Positions 23,087-36,000 of a stretch of 64,000 nt of DNA are shown in pieces (position 1 is the first letter of the stretch; each line of letters starts with the position of its first letter). The translations under genes were made by a program, and so were the position numbers. The notes beneath the pieces were generated by a model. The model was given only the letters and a program-made list of their open reading frames with translations. It ran no database searches and was not told the DNA's origin. The DNA is taken from positions 17,670,001 through 17,734,000 of the forward strand of contig JBHGNT010000005.1 in NCBI GenBank assembly GCA_043228905.1, in the 5' to 3' direction. The stretch comes from Azolla caroliniana. Its lineage: Eukaryota; Plantae; Polypodiophyta.

Positions 23087-26000
23087 ACGACGATCATGAA
23101 GAGACTTTCCCCACAAAAGTTCTTGAGACTTGGGCATTAACTAATGTAAGACCCAAGAGATGGAAGGTGGCGGCGAAGAAACAAAGGCCAAAGCCAATGT
23201 GGACAACCATAAGGTGGAAGCGGTTAAGGGTAGCGCGACAAAGGCAAAAGCCATCTACAAAATCATATAAATCCATTTGCACTCGTTTGAGAGACTTGGG
23301 CATTAAACAATGTAAAACCCAAGAGAAGGACGGTGGTGGCAAGGAAGCAAGGATTGAAACTAGTGCGTGCAACAAAGAAGTCATGGTCAACTCTAAAGTA
23401 TACCTCGAAAGTAGAAAAAGTGAGAAGCATGAAATGTGTTCACTTAAGGACCTTGAGATGAGCATGCAGTTGAAGAATGAACCACTAAGAGTACTCAACA
23501 ATAGTATTTCGATAAGGCCTTGGAAAGGCATGCATGGAACAAGAAAGGATGATAAAAGAAAGTTAGATGACCACGGAGACGGTCGAGATGATGGTGGCAC
23601 ATGCACAAAGGGAGCCATGGCAACTAGCCACGAAAATGCAAAGAGTGAACGAAGAATATGGTGGATCGGATGGCAACGGCAGTTCGGGTATAAACAAGAA
23701 ACATCGATGAAGTAGAATAATCAAAAGAGGAACCTCACTACAATTGGCACATATTGGTGGATGTGCAGGTCTGGTGGGGGTGAATGGCGTGTGGTTTTTC
23801 ACACACGATATGAAAACTATGTAAAAAAATAATGAAATAAATATTTTAGATTAGATTAGTGGCTTGTTATAGAAAGATGGATGTACTCATAAGCTTCAAA
23901 ACACATTTTACTATATATAAAATGGACAACTACATATCAAGTTAGGTGGACATGAAGTTCGAGAAGATAAGGAAAATAGAATTTTGAAATATCCCACATA
24001 GATAGGAAACTTTAGAAGCCAGCTATATAAACAGATTGAGAACCATCATTTTTCATCTATATGTTAAGAGCACAAAAGAAATAGATAGGCTTGGGCCACT
24101 TTTGTCTAGAAGGACATATGTGGCTAAGTCGTCGAATGTGGCTAAGTTGCTCGAACAGGCTAGTGATGGAACTCAAACCGGCCGGTAAAGGAACTCAAAT
24201 CGGTCGGTGGTAGTACCGAAAACCGGGTGGATCCGGCAATCGGACGGAGCCGGCAACCGAATGGAACCGGCGATCAAACCGGAACTGGGCGGCGATAGAA
24301 CCGGAACCGAACCGGATGGGGCCGGCGACCGGTGATCGGACGAAGCCGGCAATCGGATGGAATCGGCGATCAAACCAGAACCGGACGGTGACAGAACCAG
24401 AACCGGACTGAACGGATCAAAGCATGGGCTAAACTTTACGGATTATACGATCAGGTGGCTGAACCAAAGTAAAGTAAAGTAAAGTAAAGGTCATGTGGAA
24501 GTAAAGTAAAATAAAGTAAAGGCCATAACACTCAAAAACCCTAATTTTCCCTACGGAAGTCATATCTCTCAAAACTCCTAATTTTTCTTTTCTATTAATC
24601 TCAGTAAACCTAAAACTTCTGAACCCCAATCTTGGGACATATTGTAATTTCTTTTCCTTTGTTAATGAAAATGATTAAATTTCTTATTTCCGTTAATTGT
24701 TAAAAATATAAAAGCACGAATGTGATATCCTCTAGTCGGAGGCCCCGGGGTTCTGCCTCAAGTTCACGTATCCTCGTCGTATTTTCGCGACACCATTCTA
24801 TTGCGGTGTGTCGGCAAGTGAATTCTCGCCGAATTCCTTCTTGTCGAAGGTATGCCGTGAACGCATCAGAGAAGTATTCCTTTCCTCCGTCTGACCGAAG
24901 ACATCGTACATGACGCCCAGTTGTCTTTTCGACTTCGTTTTGAATTTTTGGAAGTTTGTAAACACTTCGCTCTTCATCCTCATGGGAAAGATCCATGTGT
25001 ATCTAGAGAAGTCATCGATGAAGGTAACATAGTACTGACATCCTCCGAACGTAGTCGTTTGTGCCAGTCCCCACACATCCAAATGGACTAAGTCCAATAG
25101 ACCTTTGCTCACAATCCTCTCCTTCGGGAACGGGTGCCGATGTTGCTTGCCAAATTGGCATGCTTCACATACTCCTTCAATCTCTTTCTCTTTGAAGTTC
25201 AGGAGCCCGATGACGACTCCTTTCGATTACATAGCCTTGAGTTTGTTGAGATTGATATGGTCGATTCTTTTATGCCATAGCTCTATGTCAGTGTTGAATT
25301 TGAGGCCCTTTGCAAACATTGCCGATTTTACCTCGTTCACCTCGAGGATAAACATTCAGCCTTCCCTTCGACCACGAGCAATAAGTCGGCCTTCCTTCTC
25401 GATGAAGCAACCTCCTTGGTTGAATCGAACTTGCATCCCTTGCTCCACAATTTGGCCGACCGAGACCAAATTCTTTGTTATGGTGGGTACATGTAAGACA
25501 TTTTTTATTCAAGTTTGTTCACCTTCTTTCCCGAATGGGACATTGCCGACATGCCGAATCAGATGAGTGGTGTCGTCTCCAGTCTCGACATAAATGGGTC
25601 GATCCGGCTCTCAAAAGTTTTTGAACCATTCTCGATGGGACGTCATATGGTTCGAAGCACCGGAGTCGACGAACCATACATCTTCCGGATTGGAGGCATT
25701 AGTCGAAGTAGAAGCCAACATAGAATTTGCTCTATGTCTCATTACAAACATTCCACCATGATCTTCATAGTCGGAGTTGGTGCGTAATTGGTGAGTTGTC
25801 AGCTTGTGGAAGCCGACTCCTCTTCTTCATGGTGGCCGATTTTTTCGCAATAATCGCATTTGATCGAGGTTTGTTGGCTCGGACCGGAATCGAAGCTCCC
25901 CCTTCTTCCGAAGGTTCCTTGATGGCTTCCGTCTTGATGCTGAAATTGCGAGTTGTTTTCATAAGTCGGGCCTCGTCCACCTCGTCCTTGGCCGAATCGG

Positions 26001-27499
26001 CCTCTTCTTGCACGGTCGCGTCGCGTCCTCTTCCTCCATCCGAATGCGTGTAGAGCATGTGGCCTTCCGAGGCGTTGCTCCTTGTTCGAACATGATTTTC
26101 TTCGACCAACAACATGGATTGAAGATCGAAGAAGGAGGGTGGATTCTCTCATGCTAGTACGGCAGTTCGCATCGCGCCGAACCGTGGTGCAAGGTCACCG
26201 AGGCATATTTGCACCATTTCTTCATCCTCCACATTGACGCTTATCGAGCCGAGTGCCTCACAAAGCTCCTTGATCCTCAAGGTGTAGCTTGTGATGGACA
26301 TGTCCTGTTGTTGGATGTTGTTCAACTCTTGGTGGAATTGAAGCTTTCATGCCGTTGTATTGGCGGCGAATATCTTCCTTAGATTCTCCCATTCTTCCTT
26401 TGGCGTCGTGGCTTCTCGAATGTAGCCGAGCATGTGGTCATGAACACATGTCGCCAAGCAATACATTACTCGACTCGCCGCTTGCTCCCATGTTGAGTAG
26501 TCGGCGTCTTCCGGGTCAGGTCGGTTTTCTTGTGCTCCCTTGATGTAACTCCAATAACCTTGGCTGACAAGGTATTGGTGCATCTTGTATTCCCAACATG
26601 CGAAGTTGTTTCGGTCCAATTTCTCGCTAGGGAGAGCACTCCCCATTTGAGTATTCATGGTGTTTGATGTAGATTCCTTCCTTCTTCTTCTCTCTTGAAT
26701 ATGTGTTATGTAGTCGCACTACGATAGCGATGAGCCGGTTCTTCTTGAACGTTGGCGTAGAGCTCAACACACACAAATGGGCGAGATCAAGCTACCAAAC
26801 TGCTTTGATACCATGTAAAGAATCGATGGTGATTCTTGTGTAGCGGAATAGACTAGAGATATGTGTTGTGAGTGTGTGTATGAGAGAGAGAGAGAGAGAG
26901 AGAGAACACAAGATAGATAGATTAGAGAGACAATAGAATACTCAAGACGATATATATTACAAAGGAGATTAACCGAACTAATTACAAAGTAGGAGGAGAA
27001 TGCTTTATATAGTCACTCTCTCTCTTCATTAACTACCGAAGGTCATGGGTCATGGGGAATGTGAAAACTCATTAGTTATGTGTCATAGAATATGATTCTA
27101 TGACACATAGTTAATGTGTAGATAAGAGTGGTGACTTTTGACCTTTGAGTGCACACTCTCAAGGGTGTGTTCACACACTAGACTAGGTTGAGCTTGATTC
27201 TCAACACAATGCACGAAATTTTTGAGAGACATTGTTGCAAGTAACTCTTCCTTAGTTCAAATTCCTCGTGGTCTTGCTTGATTAGCACATGCATTTGCGT
27301 TTATGCAACACACTTAGCACGATGACAAATCTCACCTTGCACCCACCCCTCTTTAGCCCCCCCACCCAACCCCATCCACAACCTCTCTTTACAACTCTTC
27401 ACACCACCCTCAATATATCCTCACCCAAACTTGTTTGTCGTTGGTCTATCCATAGGACAAGGCCATTAATACTCTCTCTCTCTCTATCTCTCTCTCTCT

Positions 27500-29180
27500 C
27501 GATTCTAACTTCTATGCTTGTTTGGATAAAGATCAACCTTTTTCAAATCTAGAAGATGATATTGCTTATTCCAAATCCAAAGGGGAAGTTATTGTCTTTG
27601 GTGACATGAATGCTTGTACAAGAAGTTTCCACCTTGATTCACAAGAATCTTTCATGCCACATATCTCAAGGATGCAAGAGGATATGCAAATGTATAGTCG
27701 ATCTTCTAGCGATGAAAAAGATCCAAACCAATTTGAGAAACTACTCCTACAAATGTGCAATAGTACCAGATTGCTTATTGCAAATGGTGTTTCCTTATGG
27801 CCCAATACTAACGGCTTTACATGTAGAAAACACAATGGAAATAGTGTGATTGACTATGTGCTACTTTCCGAAGGTATTTTGGATCGTGTACATAAATTCT
27901 CACTAAGGGAATGGACACCAGAATCCGATCATAGGAAAATTTATGTATTGATCTTAAATGTATGCATAGGTTTGATTGCGAGAAGGTCATTGAAGATAGT
28001 AAACAAACACACTTGAGCATGAATCTTAAGCGAGCGCCCATGTATTCCAAGATGGTTGAGGTTGAGGATATGTTACAAATGACAAAGACACAACATGGTG
28101 CCACACTAGAATGCAAATGGGAAGCTTTTACGAATGTCATTCTCTCTTGTACAAACAAATGCTTTACGACCAATCGCACATCATGGAAATGCACCAAGAA
28201 ATGTAAGAAAAAATGGTTTGATAAAGAATGTCATGAAGCTCGAAAGTGCCTTATGGTTTTGGATGTAGTTAAGGATAAAGAAAATTACCAAAAGCATTTG
28301 CATGACTATAAAAGGCTTATTCAAAGAAAGAGATGAATATGGGAAGTTACTCAACAACTTCTCCAAACACAAGAGAAAGCACATGCATGTGCTAAATTTT
28401 GGGGAAATCTAAAGGGGAAACGTGTTCAGAGTTATGGTGACTTAACTCTTCATGACTTGTCTATGCATTGTAAGAATTTATACGAGTTATCTCTTGCCAG
28501 AAAGATGATGTGTTATGGTTCTCTTTCACATATGTCTCCCTTCTTTACAATTGAAGATATATGCATAGAACTTAAGAAATTGGCCTCTCGAAAGGCAAGC
28601 GATCTTCAATGTATAAAAGCTGAAATGCTCAAATGGACGGGAAAGGAAGCACATATATGGATATGTGATATGTTTAATGATGCATTGCAACATGGTATGC
28701 CATATGATTGGACTACAAATTGGATCAAACCTTTACATAAAGGCGGAGATGTAAATAATGTAAACAACTATCGAACCATCATGGTTGGCTCATTAATGGC
28801 ACAACTATTTGTATGTATAATGGAATAAAAGATGAGTGTATGGGCAGAGACAAATGGTAAGAGAGCTTATGGACAAGCTGGTTTTCGAAAACACCATAGC
28901 ACCATTGATCATGTTGTCACTCTTCGAGTATTAATGGAGGAAAGTCCCCTTAGAGGTAAAGGTTTATATTGTTGCTTTGTAGACCTTAAGAAAGCTTTTG
29001 ATATGGTACCTCGTGAGCATCTTTGGAGGTGGATGGAAGAACTTGAGGTGCCAAGTGAATATATGCTTGCAATTTCCCGAATATATGAGAAGGTTATATG
29101 TTGTGTGTGTATGAGAGATAGACTTTCATATTTTTTTCAATAGCATTATTGGTGCTAAGCAAGGATGCCCACTCTCACCA
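27500..29180 (+). mobile_element. 5'-truncated LINE (RTE/RTEX-like), APE endonuclease plus RT fragment
   Basis: Motifs FGDMNA, SVIDY, ESDH, NYRTI, QAGFR, FVDLKKAFD, KQGCPLSP; homology stops abruptly at 29180. Confidence 0.85.
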
Positions 29181-30539
29181 GGGTTGAAGCACGCTACGAT
29201 GTACCAATAAAGTACTGTTTTTGGCCAAAAAAAACACGAGTACTGTTAATACTGAGTGATTTTTAAAAAAATCGAAAATAATTAAAATCTTTTTAGGGAG
29301 TGGTGTACGTTGCATTAAAGTCAAGGAATGGGTGGGGGGACAGTTGCTGCATATTCAAGACTGTTTTGGGGGCTATTTCCCCCTCACATTTAATTTAGGA
29401 CGCCACATTAAATCCTTTTGGCACTTCTCCTAGGCGTCTCCTCTTCCGCCTTCCAACTGAGACAACGCAGGTCTTCACAACGCACTCTGGTCTTCCGCCT
29501 TCCAACTCAAGTCTTCACAGCGCACTCGAAATGTCGTTTTGTTGTTCTCTACATCACCTTCCATCGGTATGTCTTCTCCATCTTCTCTTTCATTCGGTAT
29601 GTCTGCACATATTTCTATAAAGTGGTTATTTCTATACAGTACTGTTAATTGAATGTATACTCTAGCCATCTTAAATTCGCACGTATGAAGATTAATGTTG
29701 AATAGGAATCTTAAAATAATATAAACATGACATGATAACATGAATCTGAAATATTTACACTAGCCCTGTTAGCCAAGTGGTTAGAACCTGCATATTTGGG
29801 GTCTGTAATGTTCTGACCAATGGTTTCAACCAAGTGCTTCTGGTCATTTTACAAGCCCAGCGTGGATGTTTTAATGATATAATGGACTAGCAACATCCAG
29901 GCTGGGCTTGTAAAATGACCAACCAGGAGCTGCAAAATATACAGTTTGAGTTGACATAAGTTATTCATCATGGAAAATGCTAAACATAAATTGTGTTTGT
30001 ATGTTCTGGCAATCTTTAAGGGAGTCTTAAATTGATCCATGTTAAGGTTTTATATGGGTTGAAACGTTTAACATGAATACCAATCTGTTAATAAGGCTTG
30101 ATAAATGGTTTGAAGAACTAGCAGATTTAAATTTCATTGATGGGGACGTTTTTTATGGAAAAAGTAAATGAATAGTATTTGTGTTATGAACTCATGCATA
30201 ACATGAGTTATGTTATACTTATCTTAGTCTTAAACTCTAGTTAAGAAGACTTCATTATGTAAATAGTATGCATGCATCTCATCATCTTGTGAGTCATAAA
30301 ACATGTATTTCAAACAACAAGTTAATTGATGCAATTATTTCTTAAAAGTTAATTGTTTTGGAAAAGGAATATATGATTGTGGCAAACTCTCAAATGTTTA
30401 TCCGATTTCCGGTTGATGTTTATGCTATGGGGTATTAACTATGTTTATTTTACGATGTATTAAGCACTTATTCTGATTAATTAGGTCCTGAAATAACAAG
30501 AAATTAGGTGCTGGAATATATGAGAGTGACAATGGTCGT
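29181..30539 (+). mobile_element. Probable 5' end of the Sola2-like transposon, displaced by the inversion
   Basis: Starts GGG (a GRG terminus, as recalled for Sola2) exactly where the LINE RT stops. Undoing the inversion joins 30539 to the transposase at 17631. Confidence 0.55.
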
Positions 30540-31022
30540 ATCTTCACCAAAGCCCTAGGAGCCAACAAGCTTCGGCAATTCCTCTCAGACCTTGGATTGA
30601 CGGTCCCTGACTTTCCAAGCTTGAGGGGGAGTACAAGCGAAAATCGGATACCGTCCAAACCGGATACGAGCCAAAGCGGACATCAACCGAAGTAGCCGAC
30701 CAAAGTTGAACTTGAGGGGGCGTGATGAAAATCAAGCTCAACCTAGTCTAGTGTGTGAACACACCCTTGAGAGTGTGCACTCAAAGGTCAAAAGTCACCA
30801 CTCTTATCTACACAATTACTATGTGTCATAGAATCATTTTCTATGACACATAACTAATGAGTTTTCACATTCCCCATGACCCATGAGCTTCGGTAGTTAA
30901 TGAAGAAAGAGAGTGACTATATAAAGCACTCTCCTCCTACTTTTTAATTAGTTCAGTTAATCTCCTTTGTAATATACATCGTCTTGAGTATTCTATTGTC
31001 TCTCTAATCTATCTATCTTGTG

Positions 31023-31074
<52 letters not shown>

Positions 31075-31139
31075 CACACACTCACAACACATATCTCTAG
31101 TCTATTCCACTGCACAAGAATCACCATCGATTCTTTACA
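30540..31139 (+). mobile_element. Copia 4, 3' portion (RNase H tail, PPT, 3' LTR 30723-31139)
   Basis: IFTKALGANKLRQF continues ...QTAD. PPT TTGAGGGGG. The LTR is the reverse complement of 26814-27206. Followed by CATTG. Confidence 0.9.
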
Positions 31140-32204
31140 CATTGCTTATCCTTTTGTGGATTCCCCATTCAGGGAATAACCCCTCATGTAGTCCCTTCAG
31201 AGAATTAACTTCATGTAATGAAAGAGTGTTCATGGATTGAAGTGGCATTCATGAAATGTATGGGCATTGTGCAATCAAGGGGCACTCATGAAATGACGAC
31301 CCATGTGGCATTGATCACGTTTTCTTCACATGCATTCACTCCCGAAACCTCAAATACACCATCTTCGCACACAAATTGCCAATTTTTTATTCCAAATCCT
31401 AAGTTAAGTAATAACACTAAAACATTGATAAGGTTTGCTAATACAAAGATTTTAGATATAAATCAACTAACGAGATACATTGGTTAAGCCCCTTTTACAT
31501 GGGGTAAGTAAGAGACAAGATTCAAAATCCAAATGGGCTAACAAGTAAGAAGTACAATAGCATCAACGAATTTTGATGAAGCTAGCTTATACATTCAATG
31601 GTTGCACCACCTCTTGTTGATGCAATTTTGTGAGTTTTATGGATTCCCCTTCATTGGAATGCCCCCTCTTGTAATCCATTCACAGACCCCCTTCTTAAAA
31701 TGACCTTACTGTAATGACAAGACAATCATGGATTGGAGAGGCGGTCATGCAATGAATGGTTGCACAGGGACTAAAGGCATATGCCTCTTTGATCATAGTT
31801 TCTTCACATGCTTTTACTCCTGAAACCTCAAACACACCATCTCTCCGTGCACATCGACACAGAATTTATTCAAAACCCTAAGTTAATTGATGACATGAAA
31901 ATAGCCATAAGGTTGCTCCACTAATAACGCTAAAACGTGTTGAATGGAGAGAAAACATTGTATATGAAGAACACACCCATTTCAAGGCTACTATACTAAG
32001 CAAACATTTGCTTCGCTCTTACCCACACACTCATTCATTCATTCAAAATTGCTTCGGTTTGGTTGGGTTTGTTTTGAGAGTATCAAACCCAAACCGTTTA
32101 AGACTCAAACCCTCATCGGGGCTCAACGTCATCTTCCAAGACATTCAAATTTTGCTACACATAAATTGTCTGAAAAATGGCAACATTAGTGAGGCTTCTC
32201 CCAC

Positions 32205-32511
32205 TCAATACTCTTTCGCCATAGTGGATTCTCCTGAAGGCATAGACAAATTAAAGAAAAGAAATCAGAAACTGCGAAGCCTTTCCCTCGCCATTGCCAC
32301 GAGTTCCTTGGGCTTTTCTTGAAGTCATGGTTATAGATAGATCAAAGAAAAAAAATCAGAAAATGTGAATCCTCTCCCTCGCCATTGCCGCGAGCTCCTT
32401 AGATTCTCCCAAAGCAACAGTTACAGACAGATAAAAGAAAAGAAATCAGAAAGTGAGAATCCGTTCCCTCGCCATTCCCACAAGCTCTTGAGATTCACGC
32501 GAAGGAACAGT
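32205..32511. repeat. Three degenerate ~90-bp tandem units
   Basis: Repeated AAAGAAATCAGAAA...CCCTCGCCATTGCC. Confidence 0.7.
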
Positions 32512-33035
32512 TGAATGATGCATAGTGAGAAAGGCCAAAAAGGTAATTCTCACTATTTATCACTAAGTATATAAGTTAATACAAAATGAAGGTTTTTTGT
32601 TGTGCCCACCAAAAACATTTCATGTGTGTCTTGTTCTATGCTATTCAATATTCTTCTTTGCAGGAAAAATAGAAAACAACAACTCGTCCAATTTTCCTTG
32701 CTCATACAGCAATGGTATCAGAGCGAAGGGCTTCATGAAAGACATCGTCTATGGTAGGAATTGTTTTTGTTTGTTTTTTGCCCCTCTCTACGTATGCTAT
32801 TTGCAGAAACTTGCCAAACTAAGGTAATATCTAGTACTTGCTGCTGTTACAACTCATTTTTCCCATCCTTTTGTGAGCGGTTTTTGCTTTGGAACATTGT
32901 TAATGACCGGCCCGGTGTGAAATGGGACTAGCCAACCAAACCATGTATATATATGCCCTTTTTTGGGGTTTAAGGGTGTATGGCGGTGTTCTATTGAGAA
33001 TAGTAAGTGTTTGTCTCCTCATTCTCAGTTTACGT

Positions 33036-36000
33036 TGTCGCGGATATCCGCGCTGGCATGTCGGATCCGGGCAGGACCACCAAGGTCATGGACCAGGAGG
33101 TGAGGAGTTGTCGAGGACCCGAATCTTTCAGAGCTTGCCGCGTTGCCAGCCGGTTCGATCCCGGATACTCTCCGGACGTGACCGGTAACCGCACGGGAAG
33201 CGAGAGAGCGCACCCTCGTCCTTGCCACCCCTTTCGCCCGTATGTACAAGGGGCCCAAAAGAGGCACGGGACGCGGCCCGATTAACCGCGCCCGCACACA
33301 CGCACACACCCATATACACACCTAGTTACAACTGGCACCTCTACACCGGCGACCACACACGCACCCGCCCTCGGAACCTATGCTAATCGAAGACATGCAC
33401 ACACCTACACACGCACCGCTCGTTGCGATGCCAGTTCCACACAGAGGGGAAGAGGGAGCCTGCACTCTAGGGCCGGTCGAGGAGCTCTCGGGTTCGTCCG
33501 CACAACGGGACCCTCATACAAGGCATGCCTCTTCCAAAACGACCATCTCTTGTGCCAAGCCGCCTTCAAGGAGCACATGGGCTCGCTGAACCGAGTGGGG
33601 TCTTGCACGCCAAGGAGGGAGACCTACCAACGAACCACCTAGCGTGCAGGCTCTACATAAGCGGCAGAAGCCAGCACCTACACACACACTCGCAGACATG
33701 CCGGACAGCGGAGTGCTGAGAGCCAACAAGCAAGAACTTGAGGAAAGCACAGACAGTCCGCACACCACCTGCCACAACCGAACACACCACCTATGCACGC
33801 ACACAGAAGACACCGAAACCCTAACAGAAAACAAAGACAACACACACTCCAAGATGAAACCCTAATAGAGCATAGAGAAATACGTTATACACAAAAGTTC
33901 ATTAACACTAATCAGAACCTCAAAATGAGGAACAAAATTGTTTGGGACCCAACGGGTGGGAACCCTTGTACAAGAAGCGCGCCCTCCCTTTTATAGAACA
34001 AGGTGAGGGTCGCGTGACTATGTGGGATAAATCCTGTGATACATGGGATCGTCCGTACCGACTTTATTGCCGTTGGGCGTCATAAAGGCACCCCCATTTC
34101 CCTATACAAGTTTTACAAGAGTGGATGCACATGGCGCACCTTGCCGATTCCTCTGATATTTCCCTGGTTTGTCACTATGGCCCGGAATCTTCATGACATC
34201 CGCACCCACCAAACCGCACGTCCACCGGTACGTGCCAACTCGGAGAAGGGTGAGAGATTCCGGCCAGTGAGGAACCGGTCTTTCGTAATCCGCATTCCGG
34301 CTGTCGTTGGCCTCGCTGGTCCGAACCGTCAGCTCCGGTTCCTTCTCTGCGTTTGCCTCTCCGTAGGCTAGTTCGACCCGTCGATAGATCATTCGTCGTG
34401 GTTCCATAACGCACGTGCTCCGTCGTTGGCCCTTCCTTCGACCTCATGCACGCTTCTCATTCCTCCGAATACGCGGTGTCCTCTGGCCGAAGAGCACCTA
34501 TGATGGCCCGCTTGGCCTCCGTCGACCTTCGTGTCGTCCCGGTTCTCGTTCCATGCTGATCTCCATCACTTTCGTCCCCTCACCACCACCTACCTTCTCC
34601 TTGGTCTTACGCTGCCACGGCGGCCGAATTGCCAAGGTCTCCGGAACCAATGTGGACGATCCCTCTCTGGCCTTCTACGCGAGATCACTTGAACCGGCAA
34701 CCTATCTCCACGCCGGCATTCCTGCTCTAGCACCTCCGTGTGCCGCGCATTCCCCTTTCTCGTGTTCACCTCCGCCCCTGCTGAACCCTGGTTTCGTCCT
34801 ATGCACGTGTCGTCGGCCCTCACCCAGCCAGATCGTGCATCGCCGCTTCTCCGCATACCGGTGCCCTCCATATCTGAGGAACACCCCATAGTAGCCCGCT
34901 TTCCCAGTTTCTTCTTGCGCTGCTACCACCGGTTTGGAGCCTTCTGCTTGTCGTCGTCCCCTCGCCCCCACCAGCTTGCTATCTCGGGTTTGGCCCGCCA
35001 CGCCAGTCGTTGCCACTCCAACTGAGCCGTCGAGATCTTCGAAGCGGGTGTGGAGGATCCTTCTCCAACCCTCGATCTTGTTCCCGGTCTCCATCCCGTG
35101 TAGTCTGTTTACGCGCGCACGTCTTCACATTCCCGGCACCTCCGTGTGCTGTCTTTCGCCTTCCTTGTTCGGCACCGCCTGTGCCGAACACCATCTCTTA
35201 CTCGTGCTTCACGTTGGCCCTTGATGGCCACACACATGTCTTCCGTTCCTCTTTCGGGTGTGCCCTTTCCGGCTCGGCACACCGCTCCTTAACCGGGTGT
35301 CCCCGGCAACTTACCGGAAGATCACCCTTGCCGCGTCCCGGCCCACATGGCCTCCTTCGTTCACGTAATGCCTTGGCTGGCCGGTGCCTCTATTGTTGCC
35401 GCCTTCGTCCCCTTGCCACCACCTTCCATTACCCTCGGTGTCACGTTGCCACGTCGGCCGAACAGCCGAGGTCTCCGGGCAAGTGTGAAGGATCCTTCTC
35501 GGGCCTCCGTTTTGTTGGGTCGCCGACTCGTGTACCAAGCGCATCCAATCTTTGTCTTGCCGACTCTGCCTATCGGATCAGTATCCGGTTCGTGGCCGCC
35601 TCGCCGGCCTCATACCTCTTTTCGCTCTGATTTCTGTCGTCCGATCACGTTCTCCTACCACCACCATTCTCTCCTATAGGACTCACGCTGGTTCTTAGGT
35701 CGACCGCGAGATCAGTGTGGGTTTCTTCGTGGGACCTCCCCCTTGCCGTCTTCGGTTGCACGCCTTGCCACCGCCATCGTCCTTCTCTCTAGGTCTCACG
35801 CCGGCTCTCATTGCCGGTTGCCGGAGTGTCTAGAACCGGTGTGTGTAAGGTCGCGGCAGCACCACTTGCCGTTTTCCTCTCGCCGTAGTCCCAACCTCCG
35901 TGTCGGCCTCTTCTGTTGGTCACGTTCACCTGCCGCCACCGTTCTCTCCTATAGGACTCACACCGGCCGACCGCCAGATCGGTGTGAGGATCTCCGTTGA

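Larger units (their letters stand above)
19896..24792 (+). mobile_element. Non-autonomous gag-only LTR element (tRNA-Trp PBS), inserted in Copia 4 integrase
   Basis: LTRs 19896-21129 and 23785-24792 (ending CGCGACA). PBS TGGTGAACCCGACA at 21134. PPT GGTGGGGGTGAA. 4-bp TSD CCGT/CCAT. No pol. Confidence 0.88.
17632..27206 (-). mobile_element. Copia 4, 5' portion (LTR to RNase H), in the inverted segment
   Basis: 5' LTR 26814-27206, PBS TGGTATCAAAGC 26802-26813. gag 26347-26658, INT VHLDVWG and RSDGGKEY, RT 18220-18980. RNase H breaks off at ...NLQTAD. Confidence 0.9.

Noticed and set aside
29418-30040. Short ORFs as possible host genes
   Set aside because: No recognisable domains; they lie inside the presumed transposon 5' region.
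26814-31139. ~400-bp inverted repeats suggesting a TIR/foldback or DIRS element carrying a LINE
   Set aside because: They are Copia LTRs with a PBS, PPT and shared TSD; the inversion explains them.
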